A DNA stretch of 64,000 bases from an uncultured Bacteroidales bacterium (GCA_963831935.1 CAWHSH010000014.1:192353-256352), one strand, 5' to 3'; counted from the first letter of the stretch, positions 1 through 9,672 are shown. The notes: generated from the letters alone by a model not told the origin. Numbers and translations are program-made.

Positions 1-871
1 TCATGGCCTGGATGTTCTTTTTCTTTATAAGAAGCAACAGATAGAATGACCCCGATGAAAAGAGCAATGACAGGTTCTCCCGGCAAATAAAAAATTCTGG
101 AAACAAGACTTTCTCCGCTTTTATCAGCCAGGTTTATCAACGATTTTATCGCAATAAGCAGAAGAGGCACTATTATCGGAAGAAATGAAAGAAGAACCGG
201 AGGTAAATCAACCCTTTCGGTTTATGGATTCTGATTCTTCAACTTTGCAGATGAAGCCCCCGTTCGTTTCGTCATCCATTTGCTCCAGAAATATGCAGCC
301 ATGGCACCGGGGACGGCGAAAAATATTCCGATTATTATCAGATATCCGATATTGACATTAAATATTCCGGCAGCAGCCAAAGCGCCGGGATGCGGGGGGA
401 TGAGGCAATGAACAGAATAAAGGGAACATGCAAGAACAGTAGCCATAAAAGGCATCGCAAGTTTCGTTCTCGAGCTGAAGGATTTTGCCAGATCCGCTCA
501 GAATTATAAAACCGGAATCGCAGAAGATTGGTAATCCGGTAATAAATCCGGTTATGCCAAGCGCCTGCGGCACTGCGTTTTTCGCCGGTTTTCGACAGAA
601 TATAATTAGCAATGCTTATTGTTCCTCCCGTCTTATCGAGCGTAATTCCGATTATGGCTCCAAAGATTATCAGGAAACCAATCGATCCCATTGTCCCGCC
701 AAAACCTTCCTTGATGGTTGTAATGATTGTTTTAGCCGGAAGAGTGGCAAATGCAAGAAAAACTGAAACAATGAAAAGAGCAATGAAAGCATGTAATTTC
801 AGACTGGTGGTAAGTATAATAATTAAGATGATGCTGATAAGGACAAGAAGCGAAATAATAAGGGCACTCAT
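1..871 (-). CDS. GntP-family (gluconate:H+ symporter type) permease, N-terminal part; runs off the left window edge; frame-disrupted
   Basis: Minus-strand fragments 338..871, 358..612, 222..455 and an unlisted frame over 1..221 read consecutively as a GntP permease (MSALIISLLVLISIILIIILTT..., ...GITGFITGLPIFCDSGFIIL..., ...HPGALAAAGIFNVNIGYLIIIG..., ...LPIIVPLLLIAIKS...). At least 3 frame changes. Confidence 0.75.
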
Positions 872-973
872 AAACTGATATATAAACGTCTATAAAGATA
901 GTTTTTTGAATGAAAAAAGAATCTCTTTATCAGGATTTCATGAGTCCGGGGAGAATCACGGAATAACACTGTA

Positions 974-1597
974 CTACCCAAAGAAAAGATATGCGACAAG
1001 AATTGCGGCAGTGAAACCGGCAAGGTCAGCCAGCAGTCCGCAGCCTATTGCGTATCTTGTATTTTTGATGCCGACAGAACCGAAATAAACAGCAATTATA
1101 TAAAATGTTGTATCAGTTGTTCCCTGCATGGTGCATGCCAGACGGCCGACAAACGAGTCTGCTCCGTAGGTTGTCATTGCATCAACCATCAGACCGCGGG
1201 CACCACTGCCGCTCAAAGGTTTCATAAATGCAACCGGAAGAGCTCCTGTGAACCGGGTATCAACACCTATCCAGGCAAAGAAATGGGTTATACCTGCAAT
1301 AATAAAATCCATTGCACCGGATGCCCTGAATATGCCGATTGAAACAAGAATTGCAACAAGGAACGGTATAATTTTTACAGCTATATTAAAACCCTCTTTG
1401 GCACCTTCAATAAAAGCATCATAGACATTGACCTTTTTAATAAAAGCAAGGACAATAAACAGTACTATGACCGATATCAGTATAAAGTTGGCAGCAAAAG
1501 TAGATACTGTTGAGATCTGCTCTTTGGGAAGATGAGTGAAATAGATAATTATTCCGACTATAATGGCCGTGAGTCCTCCAAGGTAAGCCATTACCAC
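974..1597 (-). CDS. Nucleoside-recognition-domain membrane protein, SpmB-like
   Basis: 207-aa ORF, polytopic membrane protein (..GARGLMVDAMTTYGADSFVGRLACTMQGTTDTTFYIIAVYFGSVGIKNTRYA..), directly downstream of its SpmA-like partner. Confidence 0.7.
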   Translation of the reverse strand: MVMAYLGGLTAIIVGIIIYFTHLPKEQISTVSTFAANFILISVIVLFIVLAFIKKVNVYDAFIEGAKEGFNIAVKIIPFLVAILVSIGIFRASGAMDFIIAGITHFFAWIGVDTRFTGALPVAFMKPLSGSGARGLMVDAMTTYGADSFVGRLACTMQGTTDTTFYIIAVYFGSVGIKNTRYAIGCGLLADLAGFTAAILVAYLFFG

Positions 1598-1601
1598 TTT
1601 A

Positions 1602-2207
1602 TCAAACAGGTTTATCTTCTGGATTATGGCATACGCTTATCAGTCCGGTCATCAGGGAACAGAAAGTCGATATCAGGATCGGGATGAATATGTCGGCAGG
1701 ATTTGCCGCACCAAGCTGCATCCTGTAAACAATCACACTGACCGGAATTATTGTAAGTCCTGCAGCATTGAGAACAAGGAACATTATCTGCGCATCGGAA
1801 GCTTTTTCTTTATTGGGATTGGCCTCCTGCATCTCTTTCATGGCCTTTAGTCCGACCGGAGTTGCAGCATTATCAAGGTTAAGCATATTTGCCGCAATGT
1901 TAAGCATTATCGAGCCGTAAGCAGGATGCCCTTTAGGCAGACCAGGGAATAGCTTTTGAAACAGTGGTCCCATTGCCTTGCCAAGAATATTCACAACTCC
2001 GCCTTTCTCCCCTACCCTTAATAGTCCCATCCAGAGAGTCAGTGCTCCGGTCAGACCAAGGGAAATTTCAAAACCGGTTTTTGCATTTGTAAAAACAGCA
2101 TTCACCAGATCATTAAATATCTGAGTGTTCCCAGCAAAAATAAGCTGTCCAAGTGCAACGACAAATCCGATAAGGAAGAAAGCGATCCAGATATAGTTCA
2201 GGGCCAT
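1602..2207 (-). CDS. Nucleoside-recognition-domain membrane protein, SpmA-like
   Basis: 201-aa ORF (MALNYIWIAFFLIGFVV...NLDNAATPVGLKAMKEMQ...), typical SpmA/Gate-domain sequence; 4-nt gap to the SpmB-like ORF. Confidence 0.7.
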   Translation of the reverse strand: MALNYIWIAFFLIGFVVALGQLIFAGNTQIFNDLVNAVFTNAKTGFEISLGLTGALTLWMGLLRVGEKGGVVNILGKAMGPLFQKLFPGLPKGHPAYGSIMLNIAANMLNLDNAATPVGLKAMKEMQEANPNKEKASDAQIMFLVLNAAGLTIIPVSVIVYRMQLGAANPADIFIPILISTFCSLMTGLISVCHNPEDKPV

Positions 2208-2239
2208 GGTCGGTTAATTGGTTGCTAAGATAGGAAATA

Positions 2240-2389
2240 AAGACAAAAGATAAAAGTCAAAAGACAAAAGTCTAATGCATGTTGTGCAGGTTGTACAGGT
2301 TGTGCTGGTTGTGCAGTTACAAATTGCGGTTTACGAGCTTCGCAGAACTTGCAGAACTTGCATAACTGGCATAACTAATTTGCAAAACT
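2240..2389. repeat. Intergenic micro-tandem repeat block: (NCAAAAG)x4, (GTTGTRCWG)x4, then GCAGAACTT x2 and GCATAACT x2
   Basis: Direct reading: agacaaaag ataaaag tcaaaag acaaaag (2240..2272); gttgtgcag gttgtacag gttgtgctg gttgtgcag (2281..2316); gcagaactt gcagaactt gcataact ggcataact (2342..2376). Lies in the divergent spacer between the SpmA-like gene and eda. Confidence 0.8.
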
Positions 2390-2426
2390 GTCATTTTTAA
2401 ATAAATTTGTACAAACTAACAAGAAT

Positions 2427-3101
2427 ATGGCCAGATTTACCAGAGTAGATGTAATCATGAGAATCCGGGAAGCAGGAATTGTTCCGATATTCTATCACAA
2501 GGATCCTGAAGTCTGCAGGAACGTAATAAAATCATGTTATGAAGGAGGGATGAAAGTCTTCGAGTTTACAAACCGGGGCGACTTTGCTCATGAGCTTTTC
2601 AGTGATCTTAGCAAGTGGGCAGAAAAAGAGGTTCCCGGACTTATGATGGGTGTCGGTTCGGTAGTTGATGCAGGTACAACTTCCCTGTACATTCAGCTTG
2701 GCGCTAACTTTATTGTCTCGCCTCTTCTGAATCCCGAAATGGCCAAAGTCTGCAACCGGAGAAAAGTATTGTGGATACCTGGTTGCGGGTCAATGTCAGA
2801 AATAAGTTATGCTGAAGAACTTGGTGCTGAAACGGTTAAAATGTTTCCTGGTTTGTCGGTCGGCGGACCAGATTTCATAAAAGCAGTTAAAGGACCATGC
2901 CCCTGGACAAGCATTATGCCAACAGGGGGAGTCGAGCCAACTGTTGATAACCTGAGGGATTGGTTTGAGGCGGGAGCCACTTGTGTCGGGATCGGTTCGA
3001 ATCTTATTACCAAAGAGATCATACAGAAGAAAGACTGGGAAGGGCTCACGAAAAGAATTACCAGCTCACTCAAGATTGCAAAAATGTTTCAAAAAGGATA
3101 A
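2427..3101 (+). CDS. eda: Bifunctional 2-dehydro-3-deoxy-phosphogluconate / 4-hydroxy-2-oxoglutarate aldolase
   Basis: Intact 224-aa ORF; near-colinear with Bacteroides-type KDPG aldolases (MARFTR...VFEFTNRGDFAHE...GVGSVVDAGT...LGANFIVSP...TGGVEPT...). Context with the GntP permease fits. Confidence 0.9.
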   Translation: MARFTRVDVIMRIREAGIVPIFYHKDPEVCRNVIKSCYEGGMKVFEFTNRGDFAHELFSDLSKWAEKEVPGLMMGVGSVVDAGTTSLYIQLGANFIVSPLLNPEMAKVCNRRKVLWIPGCGSMSEISYAEELGAETVKMFPGLSVGGPDFIKAVKGPCPWTSIMPTGGVEPTVDNLRDWFEAGATCVGIGSNLITKEIIQKKDWEGLTKRITSSLKIAKMFQKG

Positions 3102-3110
3102 CTCTATAAA

Positions 3111-3187
3111 CCCTTGTGACACTCTGTGACTCCTCTGTGGACTTCTGTGTAAGTTCTTGAATTAGAAAATGTTTCACAGAGTTACAC
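3111..3187. repeat. CTCTGTG/CACAGAG hairpin repeat, copy A1 (short right arm)
   Basis: cccttgtgac actctgtgac tcctctgtggac ttctgtgtaagttcttga...tttcacagagttacac; shares the tgtgtaagttctt core with copy A2. Sits between the convergent stops of eda and the fucosidase. Confidence 0.75.
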
Positions 3188-3190
3188 TGA

Positions 3191-3225
3191 CCTGCCTGCC
3201 CTGACCAAAGCGTCAGGGGATTGGG
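3191..3225. repeat. GC-rich hairpin (CCTGCCTGCCCTGAC-N6-GTCAGGGG)
   Basis: ccctgac caaagc gtcaggg inverted repeat. Near-identical motif at 35372..35400 (gccctgaccggagcgtcagggggg). Confidence 0.7.
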
Positions 3226-3242
3226 AGCAACTTTTACATTCT

Positions 3243-4696
3243 TCAGTTCCCGGGTGAACGATAAAGTTCAATATTGGAGATAACCGGACAGGCTTTTGAT
3301 TTACTCACAGTTACTTTTATTTTTGAAGCTTTTATCACCGGGAATCTGCGGATCACCTTATGACCGATCGTTGTTCCGTCGATCAGCTGTTTCCATTCTC
3401 CGTTGGCTAAAAGCAGAAACCTTAAACTCCTTAACTCTCTGTCCCAGCTTTATGTACTCCTGGATTATTATCCGGTTGACTTCCGTCCCTGAACCCAGGT
3501 CAATGACCAGGTCGGCAGATGTCTGGTGGTCATTTGCAGCCCAATAAGTATCCGGATTATCATCATTGACATTCGAAGCCCCGAAAGCTTTACCTCTTGT
3601 ATTTGATGCCTCCACCCTCCTTCCTTTTGCCAGGTTATTTTCAAATTCCTTTTCACGCAACTCCCTGAATTTCAACAGCGATTTAACATCGTTTTCATGC
3701 AAAAGTCCTCTCCGGTCGGGGGGAACATTAAGCAAAAGGTTACTGTTCCTCCCCACCGATGAATAGTAAAGTTCCATCAGGTTTTCGGGGCTCCTTACCA
3801 ATGAATCCTGCGTACTATGATAAAACCATCCTCTCCGGATTGATACGTCAACTTCTGCAGGAACCCAGTAATTACCATCTTCATGGCCTTCTCCCAGAAT
3901 TTTAGCAAAATCGCCGCCAGGGTACATTTCGTCCTTTTTGAGAAGGCACCAGTTTGTCAGACTACCCATACCGCTTTCATTTCCAACCCAGCGGATGTCA
4001 GGGCCGGCATCGCTGAACATCACTGCCGCGGGTTGAAGGTTTCTGACTATTTTAATGTGTATTTGGCCAGTCATAGTATGTTTTATTATCGATCCGTCGT
4101 GTCTCCCTTGCTCCGCCATAATATCCGTCCCCGCCATTGGCACCGTCAAACCATACTTCAAAGATTTCACCGTAATTTGTCAGAAGCTCTGTAAGCTGGT
4201 TCCTGTAATAGGTCAGGTAACCAGGAGTTCCGTAAACAGCCGAGTTCCGGTCCCACGGAGAAAGATATATGCCCATTTTCAGGCCATATTCATCGCAGGC
4301 CTGCCGGAGGTCCTTTAATACATCACCCATGCCGTTTTTCCAGGGAGAGTTTTTCACCGAATGCTCAGTGTATTGAGATGGCCACAGACAAAATCCGTCA
4401 TGATGCTTTGCAGTGATAATAATCCCTTTCATGCCTGCTTCCTTTGCGACCCTTGCCCATTGCCGGCAGTCGAGTCCGGAGGGATTAAACACAGATTCTT
4501 TTTCATCTCCGTAACCCCATTCTTTATCCGTAAAAGTATTGACAGTGAAATGCACGAACATGTAATATTCCATTTCGTGCCAGGCAAGCTGGCGCTCCGA
4601 TGGAAGCGGACCAAATGGTTCGGGGGGCTTAACCTGAGAACATGCTGTTACACTCAAACAAAGGAATAAACAGGCGATAGGAATTCTGGTTTTCAT
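3243..4696 (-). CDS. GH29 alpha-L-fucosidase with C-terminal F5/8 type C (discoidin) domain; lipoprotein signal; 2 frame changes
   Basis: Fragments 4052..4777 (real start probably MKTRIPIACLFLCLSVTAC at 4696), 3358..4170 and a third frame ending ...NIELYRSPGN* (stop 3243..3245). GH29 hallmarks: ...YMFVHFTVNTF..., ...IITAKHHDGFCLWPS..., ...YLSPWDRN..., ...EVWFDGANG... Confidence 0.85.
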
Positions 4697-4723
4697 AATA
4701 TCAAGTATATATTTCAATTTTTT

Positions 4724-4828
4724 ACCTCCGTGGACCTCTGTGATCCCTCTGTGGATCTCAGTGTAAGTTCTTATCAAAGAAAAAGTTACACAGAGTTACA
4801 CAGAGAATACACAGAGATACACCGAGGG
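4724..4828. repeat. CTCTGTG/CACAGAG hairpin repeat, copy A2 (most complete)
   Basis: Left arm acctccgtgg acctctgtga tccctctgtgg atctcagtgtaagttctt. Right arm aagttacacagag ttacacagag aatacacagag atacaccgaggg. Arms roughly 75% complementary by eye. Confidence 0.8.
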
Positions 4829-4836
4829 AAAAAGAG

Positions 4837-7425
4837 TTATTCTTTTGGGGTCAGGTCCTTTATTCTGATGTTTTTGAATTTGACTACCGATCCATGCCCC
4901 AGGAATCCGATATGCCCTGTCTTATTCTTCAATCCGGGATGGTCATTATGATCCATCGTACCGTTGTCCCTTGGCCCCGCAATATCCCCATCGACAATAA
5001 CTGTCCCGTTAAGGGTTATCTTAATATGTGTCCCTACAGCCTCCACTTCTTCATAGTTCCATTCGCCGATTGGTTTCAGGAACTCCCTTCTTGCCGGGAT
5101 TACCCCGTAAACTGAACCGTGATACTGGTATGGCTGAAGATTAGCATAAACCGGAGCAGTATTGTCGAGGATCTGCAATTCCATTCCTGTATAAGCTGCA
5201 TCACCCTCAAGAGGAGCCCTAATTCCAAGGCCATTATTAGCTGCGGGTGTAAGCTGAAATTCAAAGCGGAAAATAAAATCCGCATATTCCTTTTCGGTGT
5301 ATAGATTACCACCGCTTCCGTTTTCCGGTTTGATTACAATCATGCCATCTTCTGCAACGTACGATTGTTTATTTCCAACCCAGTTGTCGAGGTTCTTTCC
5401 GTTAAACAGAGCAACGAATCCTTCGGCTTTTTCTTCAGGTGTGAGATTATAATCCTTATCGCTTATCTCCCTGATATAAATATCCCTGAAGCCAAGATCG
5501 GTACCATGTGCCTGAAGCTCAATGGGACCTTTGGGAAAAATGGGGATCTTCCTGTCCCAGTAATTTTCCATAGTCACATTGTCGACAACAAGTTCGCCGT
5601 TTAGCCAGACTGACACTTTTTCTCCAATCATTACAATCCTGAAGGTATTCCAGTCTCCGACGGGATTATCAGCTACTTTCAGCGGTTTTGACGGATTGAT
5701 CTGGTTATTATACAGTCCTCCGGAACCTACCTGGGCTCCGGCATCAGTTCTTGAGGTGTCCCAGATCTGAACCTGTGGTGTACCCCTGAGATAGATTCCG
5801 CTGTCACCATCCTTTGATATCTTCCAGTCCACGAGCATTTCAAAATCACCATATTCGACAACAGAGCAAAGGTTTTCTCCTTTACCGTTAAACCAGATAC
5901 AACCGTCTTTTACACTCCAGTTTGCAGGTACCATAACGTTTGCCTCAGCCTGCATTCTTTCAAGATCAACTGCCCTCATTCTTGCTCTTGTCAGAGGTGT
6001 TCCGACAAGACCCTGCCAGCCTGTAAGGTCCTTTCCGTTGAACATCGATTTAAATCCTTCATCAGGCGGCATAACCGCAAGATATTTATTAATCAGTTCC
6101 CTGTTGTATTCGCTTTCAGGTCCTGTCAGCTTCGAAACAGCTTTGGTAAGGATATCACGAACCAGATTGCCATACATTCCTGCTTTTGAACTGACTGAGG
6201 GAAGGGCGATGTGCATGGCGGCATTTGCTGCTTCAGATGAAACAGAAGGGTCGTCTAGATAATTTGCCACAAAGAAAAGTATCTGATAAGTTTTAAGTTT
6301 GCCCAATTCAGTCAGGATTTCATTTTTACGGGCGGGGCTCAGAGCATAAGGCATTATCTTGCGGAAGAGCAACAATTTCTCTTCATCGGGTAATGATGCT
6401 GCCCTTATCTGTTTTGCATATCCTTCAAATGCAGGTGCTTCAAATGTTTTATTGCCTGAAGCACAGATTTCAAACAGAGCCGAAGATGCATTATAATCCT
6501 GCCATGAAGTAAGAGTCTTGAAACAGACATCCCTCATTTCTGGATTTCCGTTCTCAAATTCCTTTAAGACTGTTGCGAGAGCTTCTCTGCCTCCGGTTTT
6601 TGCCAGTACAGGTATTATCATCTCTTTTCCGGTAGTCCGGTCCTGTAATGATTTAAGAATTACCTCCGATCTCTTTTCCGGATCAGCGATTTTTCCGGCA
6701 GCTGATGCCAGTGCAGCCTGAACATCCGGAACATAATCCTTGCTCCGGGCATCAAATATCAAACCAATAAGATCTGTTTGATTACCAGGACCTGCCAGAT
6801 CGGCAAGAGCCTTAAAGGCAGCTGATCTGACATTCGCGTCACCTGATGATGTGTAAGAAAGAACCTGCGAAAAATATTCATTTCCTTTATTCCAGGCCAT
6901 CAGTTCTATTACGCTTTTTCTGGCTGCTTCAGATCCTTCTTTCAGAACCGGTTTGAGAAGAGCAATTTCTTTCTCTCCCGAAACAGACTTAAGTGCTTTT
7001 TTTGCAGCCTCCTGGTCCTCAGTGTCAGCGAATGTCTTGAGATATTCTATCAGCGACGGGACTGCCTTGCTTCCATCAATTTTTGTGAGTGCACCGGCAG
7101 CTTCACATCTTACTGATTTATCCGTACCTGATAGAGAAGACGTTACAAGGGGGAGCGCGGTCTTATCGCCCCTGTCTCCAAGCATTGCAATAATCTCAGA
7201 TTTCGCTTGCGGAGTTGCTTTAGGATAGTACTCAATCCATTTCCTGATGATTTCTTCTCCCGGAATTGTAAGTGCTGAACGGATGGCAGCATTCCTATAG
7301 GACTTGTCAGCGTTTTCTGCAGCTTTTTTAAGTTCTTTCATAGCATCAGCACCATGGAAGCTTACATAAATCAGCAAGGCTTTGGTCTTATTCTGAACTG
7401 TCAGCCTGTCTTTGCATTTTGACAT
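4837..7425 (-). CDS. HEAT-repeat protein with two C-terminal DUF1080 (3-keto-disaccharide-hydrolase-like) domains
   Basis: Intact 862-aa ORF. HEAT/armadillo-like N-terminal two-thirds, then two DUF1080-type modules (FNGKDLTGWQGLVG...IYLRGTPQVQIWD... and FNGKNLDNWVGNK...GLGIRAPLEGDAAYTGMELQILD...HGSVVKFKNIRIK). No signal peptide of its own; probably continuous with 7433..8245. Confidence 0.8.
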   Translation of the reverse strand: MSKCKDRLTVQNKTKALLIYVSFHGADAMKELKKAAENADKSYRNAAIRSALTIPGEEIIRKWIEYYPKATPQAKSEIIAMLGDRGDKTALPLVTSSLSGTDKSVRCEAAGALTKIDGSKAVPSLIEYLKTFADTEDQEAAKKALKSVSGEKEIALLKPVLKEGSEAARKSVIELMAWNKGNEYFSQVLSYTSSGDANVRSAAFKALADLAGPGNQTDLIGLIFDARSKDYVPDVQAALASAAGKIADPEKRSEVILKSLQDRTTGKEMIIPVLAKTGGREALATVLKEFENGNPEMRDVCFKTLTSWQDYNASSALFEICASGNKTFEAPAFEGYAKQIRAASLPDEEKLLLFRKIMPYALSPARKNEILTELGKLKTYQILFFVANYLDDPSVSSEAANAAMHIALPSVSSKAGMYGNLVRDILTKAVSKLTGPESEYNRELINKYLAVMPPDEGFKSMFNGKDLTGWQGLVGTPLTRARMRAVDLERMQAEANVMVPANWSVKDGCIWFNGKGENLCSVVEYGDFEMLVDWKISKDGDSGIYLRGTPQVQIWDTSRTDAGAQVGSGGLYNNQINPSKPLKVADNPVGDWNTFRIVMIGEKVSVWLNGELVVDNVTMENYWDRKIPIFPKGPIELQAHGTDLGFRDIYIREISDKDYNLTPEEKAEGFVALFNGKNLDNWVGNKQSYVAEDGMIVIKPENGSGGNLYTEKEYADFIFRFEFQLTPAANNGLGIRAPLEGDAAYTGMELQILDNTAPVYANLQPYQYHGSVYGVIPARREFLKPIGEWNYEEVEAVGTHIKITLNGTVIVDGDIAGPRDNGTMDHNDHPGLKNKTGHIGFLGHGSVVKFKNIRIKDLTPKE

Positions 7426-7432
7426 TACAAGC

Positions 7433-8245
7433 TTACAGGATCTTGTCCATCGTCTTCAGGTCTCCAATGGTTCCCAGATTTTTTGCATATTCAAGAAGGG
7501 AAGCCGTTGCACCAGTGTGCTCCCACCGGTAAAAAACATCCCTGGCTGCTTTGGAAAGCACAGGATAAGCCAGCGGACTTGCACTCCGGGCAAGGGCATT
7601 ATATGCGGATGCCTTTGTATTGATATCCATTACTCCGGCCCATTCAATATATTCATTCACGGCTAATTGCGACTTAAATCCTGCAAGGGCATTCATAACT
7701 GCGGCAGCACATGGAAGATCTTTGTTCTTAAGGGATTCTGCCAGTGCAATTTCCGCATTCTTACCCCCGATCGATTGCAAAGCGGCAAGTGCAGGACCGC
7801 ACATTTCCTTATCATTCAGTGAGGTTTTCAAAGCATCGACAGATGCATCGCTTCCAATAAGCTGCAGCTGTTTCATAAAGAAATCCTTAACACCGTTATT
7901 TCTTTGCCCGGTTGCATATTGAATACAAATTTTTTCCCACACAGGTCTTTCAGCTTCTTTGTCTTTCTTCGACAAGTACCGCGATAAACTTTCAACCGCA
8001 AATCTTGCCCGGGTGTCATCGCCGGTGCCTGCCGGTACTATCTGATCGCATATTTGCCTGATTCCGGTTTCACCCAGGGTAAACATATCGGTCATCAGCT
8101 TATCGAGATATTTTGTATCATTTGCAGGAAGCTGGGCAAGAAGGTCAGCAACTTTTGTCTCAATTGTTCTCTTATCCTGGCCAAAGGATATTGTGGAAAT
8201 CAGGAGAACTAAAAAGCCTAAATACAGTACTTTACGTATTTTCAT
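7433..8245 (-). CDS. Secreted HEAT-repeat protein; probably the N-terminal part of the 4837..7425 gene (one frame change), or a separate upstream gene
   Basis: 270-aa ORF with signal peptide (MKIRKVLYLGFLVLLISTISFGQ). Stops 7 nt before the next ORF, which is in another frame and lacks a signal peptide. Confidence 0.65.
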   Translation of the reverse strand: MKIRKVLYLGFLVLLISTISFGQDKRTIETKVADLLAQLPANDTKYLDKLMTDMFTLGETGIRQICDQIVPAGTGDDTRARFAVESLSRYLSKKDKEAERPVWEKICIQYATGQRNNGVKDFFMKQLQLIGSDASVDALKTSLNDKEMCGPALAALQSIGGKNAEIALAESLKNKDLPCAAAVMNALAGFKSQLAVNEYIEWAGVMDINTKASAYNALARSASPLAYPVLSKAARDVFYRWEHTGATASLLEYAKNLGTIGDLKTMDKIL

Positions 8246-8278
8246 ATTTTCAAATTCTCAAATTTTCAAATTTTCAAG
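8246..8278. repeat. 8-bp tandem repeat (CAAATTYT x3-4; ARAATTTG on the coding strand) abutting the start codon at 8245
   Basis: caaattct caaatttt caaatttt caagttct with period 8 (8251, 8259, 8267, 8275). Read directly. Confidence 0.8.
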
Positions 8279-8289
8279 TTCTTTTTGCC

Positions 8290-9560
8290 TTAGATTTTCC
8301 ATGGATCGCGCATTGGCTGATTAATAAGCCGGTTAGCTCCATCGTCATCGATAAACTGCTGTTTTACAGGGTCATATTTCAAATTCCTGCCAAGTCTCAC
8401 CGCTATAACTCCGAGGTTTACAATTGAGCATGACCTGTGTCCGTTTGATTCGTTAAGGGCAAATTTCTTACGGGTAAGGACTGATTCTGTGAAAGTTGTG
8501 ATTTGAGGTTCAGGGTCAGGCAGCGAATCGACAAGCTTTTCCATATCCTTAATATCGGACCGGAATCCTTTATAGACCTTCCCGTGTGGACCTTCGATGT
8601 AGGCAGCGTCCTTATCGCGGTTTTCACCGTCAAGGATTATCCGGCAGCCATCAGCATAGGTATAAGTTATTCTGCGCCACGATCCGACAGCATCATAGTG
8701 CTGCTGGGGGGCATCTATTTCCACTGATACGGGACCTGTATCGTCCTTTCCCAGAAGGTATTGAACAGGATCGAGATAATGCTGGCCCATATCGCCCAGT
8801 CCGCCCCCGTCATAATCCCAGTATCCGCGGAATTTTGAATGTACCCTTTCTGGATTATAAGGCTTGTAAGGAGCGGGTCCCAGCCAGAAGTTATAATCGA
8901 GTTCGGGGGGAACAGGCATTGGCTGCAGATTATAAAGGCCACTCCAATAAAATTTCCAGTCGTATCCTGTAATGCCGCTGACAGTCACTTTAAGCGGCCA
9001 GCCAAGAACGCCGCTTGCAACGAGTTTTTTCAGAGGTTTAACAGTTGTGCCCAAGACCATAAAACTGGTCCTTGAACCTGAACCAGGTATTAAGCCTGAA
9101 CATTCTGCCATTTTTCTGCACTGCTTCCACCACTTGTATTCCTTCACCGATAGTCCTGGTCATTGGCTTCTCACACCAGATATCCTTTCCCGCTTCAGCA
9201 GCCATTTTTGAAATTATACCATGCCAGTGGGGAGGTGTTGCAATATGCACGATATCGATGTCAGGGCGGGCCAGCAGTTCACGGAAATCGTGGTAACCCG
9301 AAGGATTTCCTCCTGCCTCTGCGATTGCCTGGCTGAGGTGATTCTTATCAACATCGCAAACAGCCAGCACACGGGTACCTTCGTAAGGTATGTGTCCTCT
9401 GCCCATTCCGCCCACGCCGATAATACCTTTGGTAAGCTGGTCACTGGGAGCTGTATATCCCTGCCCTCCAAGCACATGTCTCGGGATTAATCGTAAATGC
9501 CAGAGCAGCAGCAGCGCTTTTTTTCAGAAAATCACGTCTGCCCGGATTATCTTTTTTCAT
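8290..9560 (-). CDS. TAT-exported Gfo/Idh/MocA-family oxidoreductase; 2 frame changes
   Basis: N-terminus MKKDNPGRRDFLKKSAAAALAF (twin-arginine signal, ATG at 9560). Rossmann part in 9038..9475 (GIIGVGGMGRGH...DIVHIATPPHWH...CEKPM). C-terminal domain in 8290..9147. Confidence 0.85.
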
Positions 9561-9672
9561 CAGTTTATAATTTGTTTTTTAATGGTCAGATGCCTGCCTG
9601 TCGGCAGACAGGGAATATCCATGAGTAATCATTTCGGTTTGTGATTTTACTTTTTAATCATGGATATTTCAT
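9561..9672 (-). promoter_or_regulatory. Structured 5' leader/promoter module, copy 1 (92 bp shared with 61507..61598, plus a 20-bp GC-hairpin insertion at 9592..9611)
   Basis: In gene orientation: atgaaatatccatgattaaaaagtaaaatcacaaaccgaaatgattactcatggatattcc[ctgtctgccgacaggcaggc]atctgaccattaaaaaacaaattataaactg ATG. Nested inverted repeats: AATATCCATGA/TCATGGATATT and TAATCA/TGATTA. Confidence 0.7.

Noticed and set aside
2281-2316. Tandem short repeats (here and at 8246, 30626 and 62376) as a possible CRISPR array.
   Set aside because: Units are only 8-12 bp and are directly adjacent, with no unique spacers. No cas genes are present in the window.
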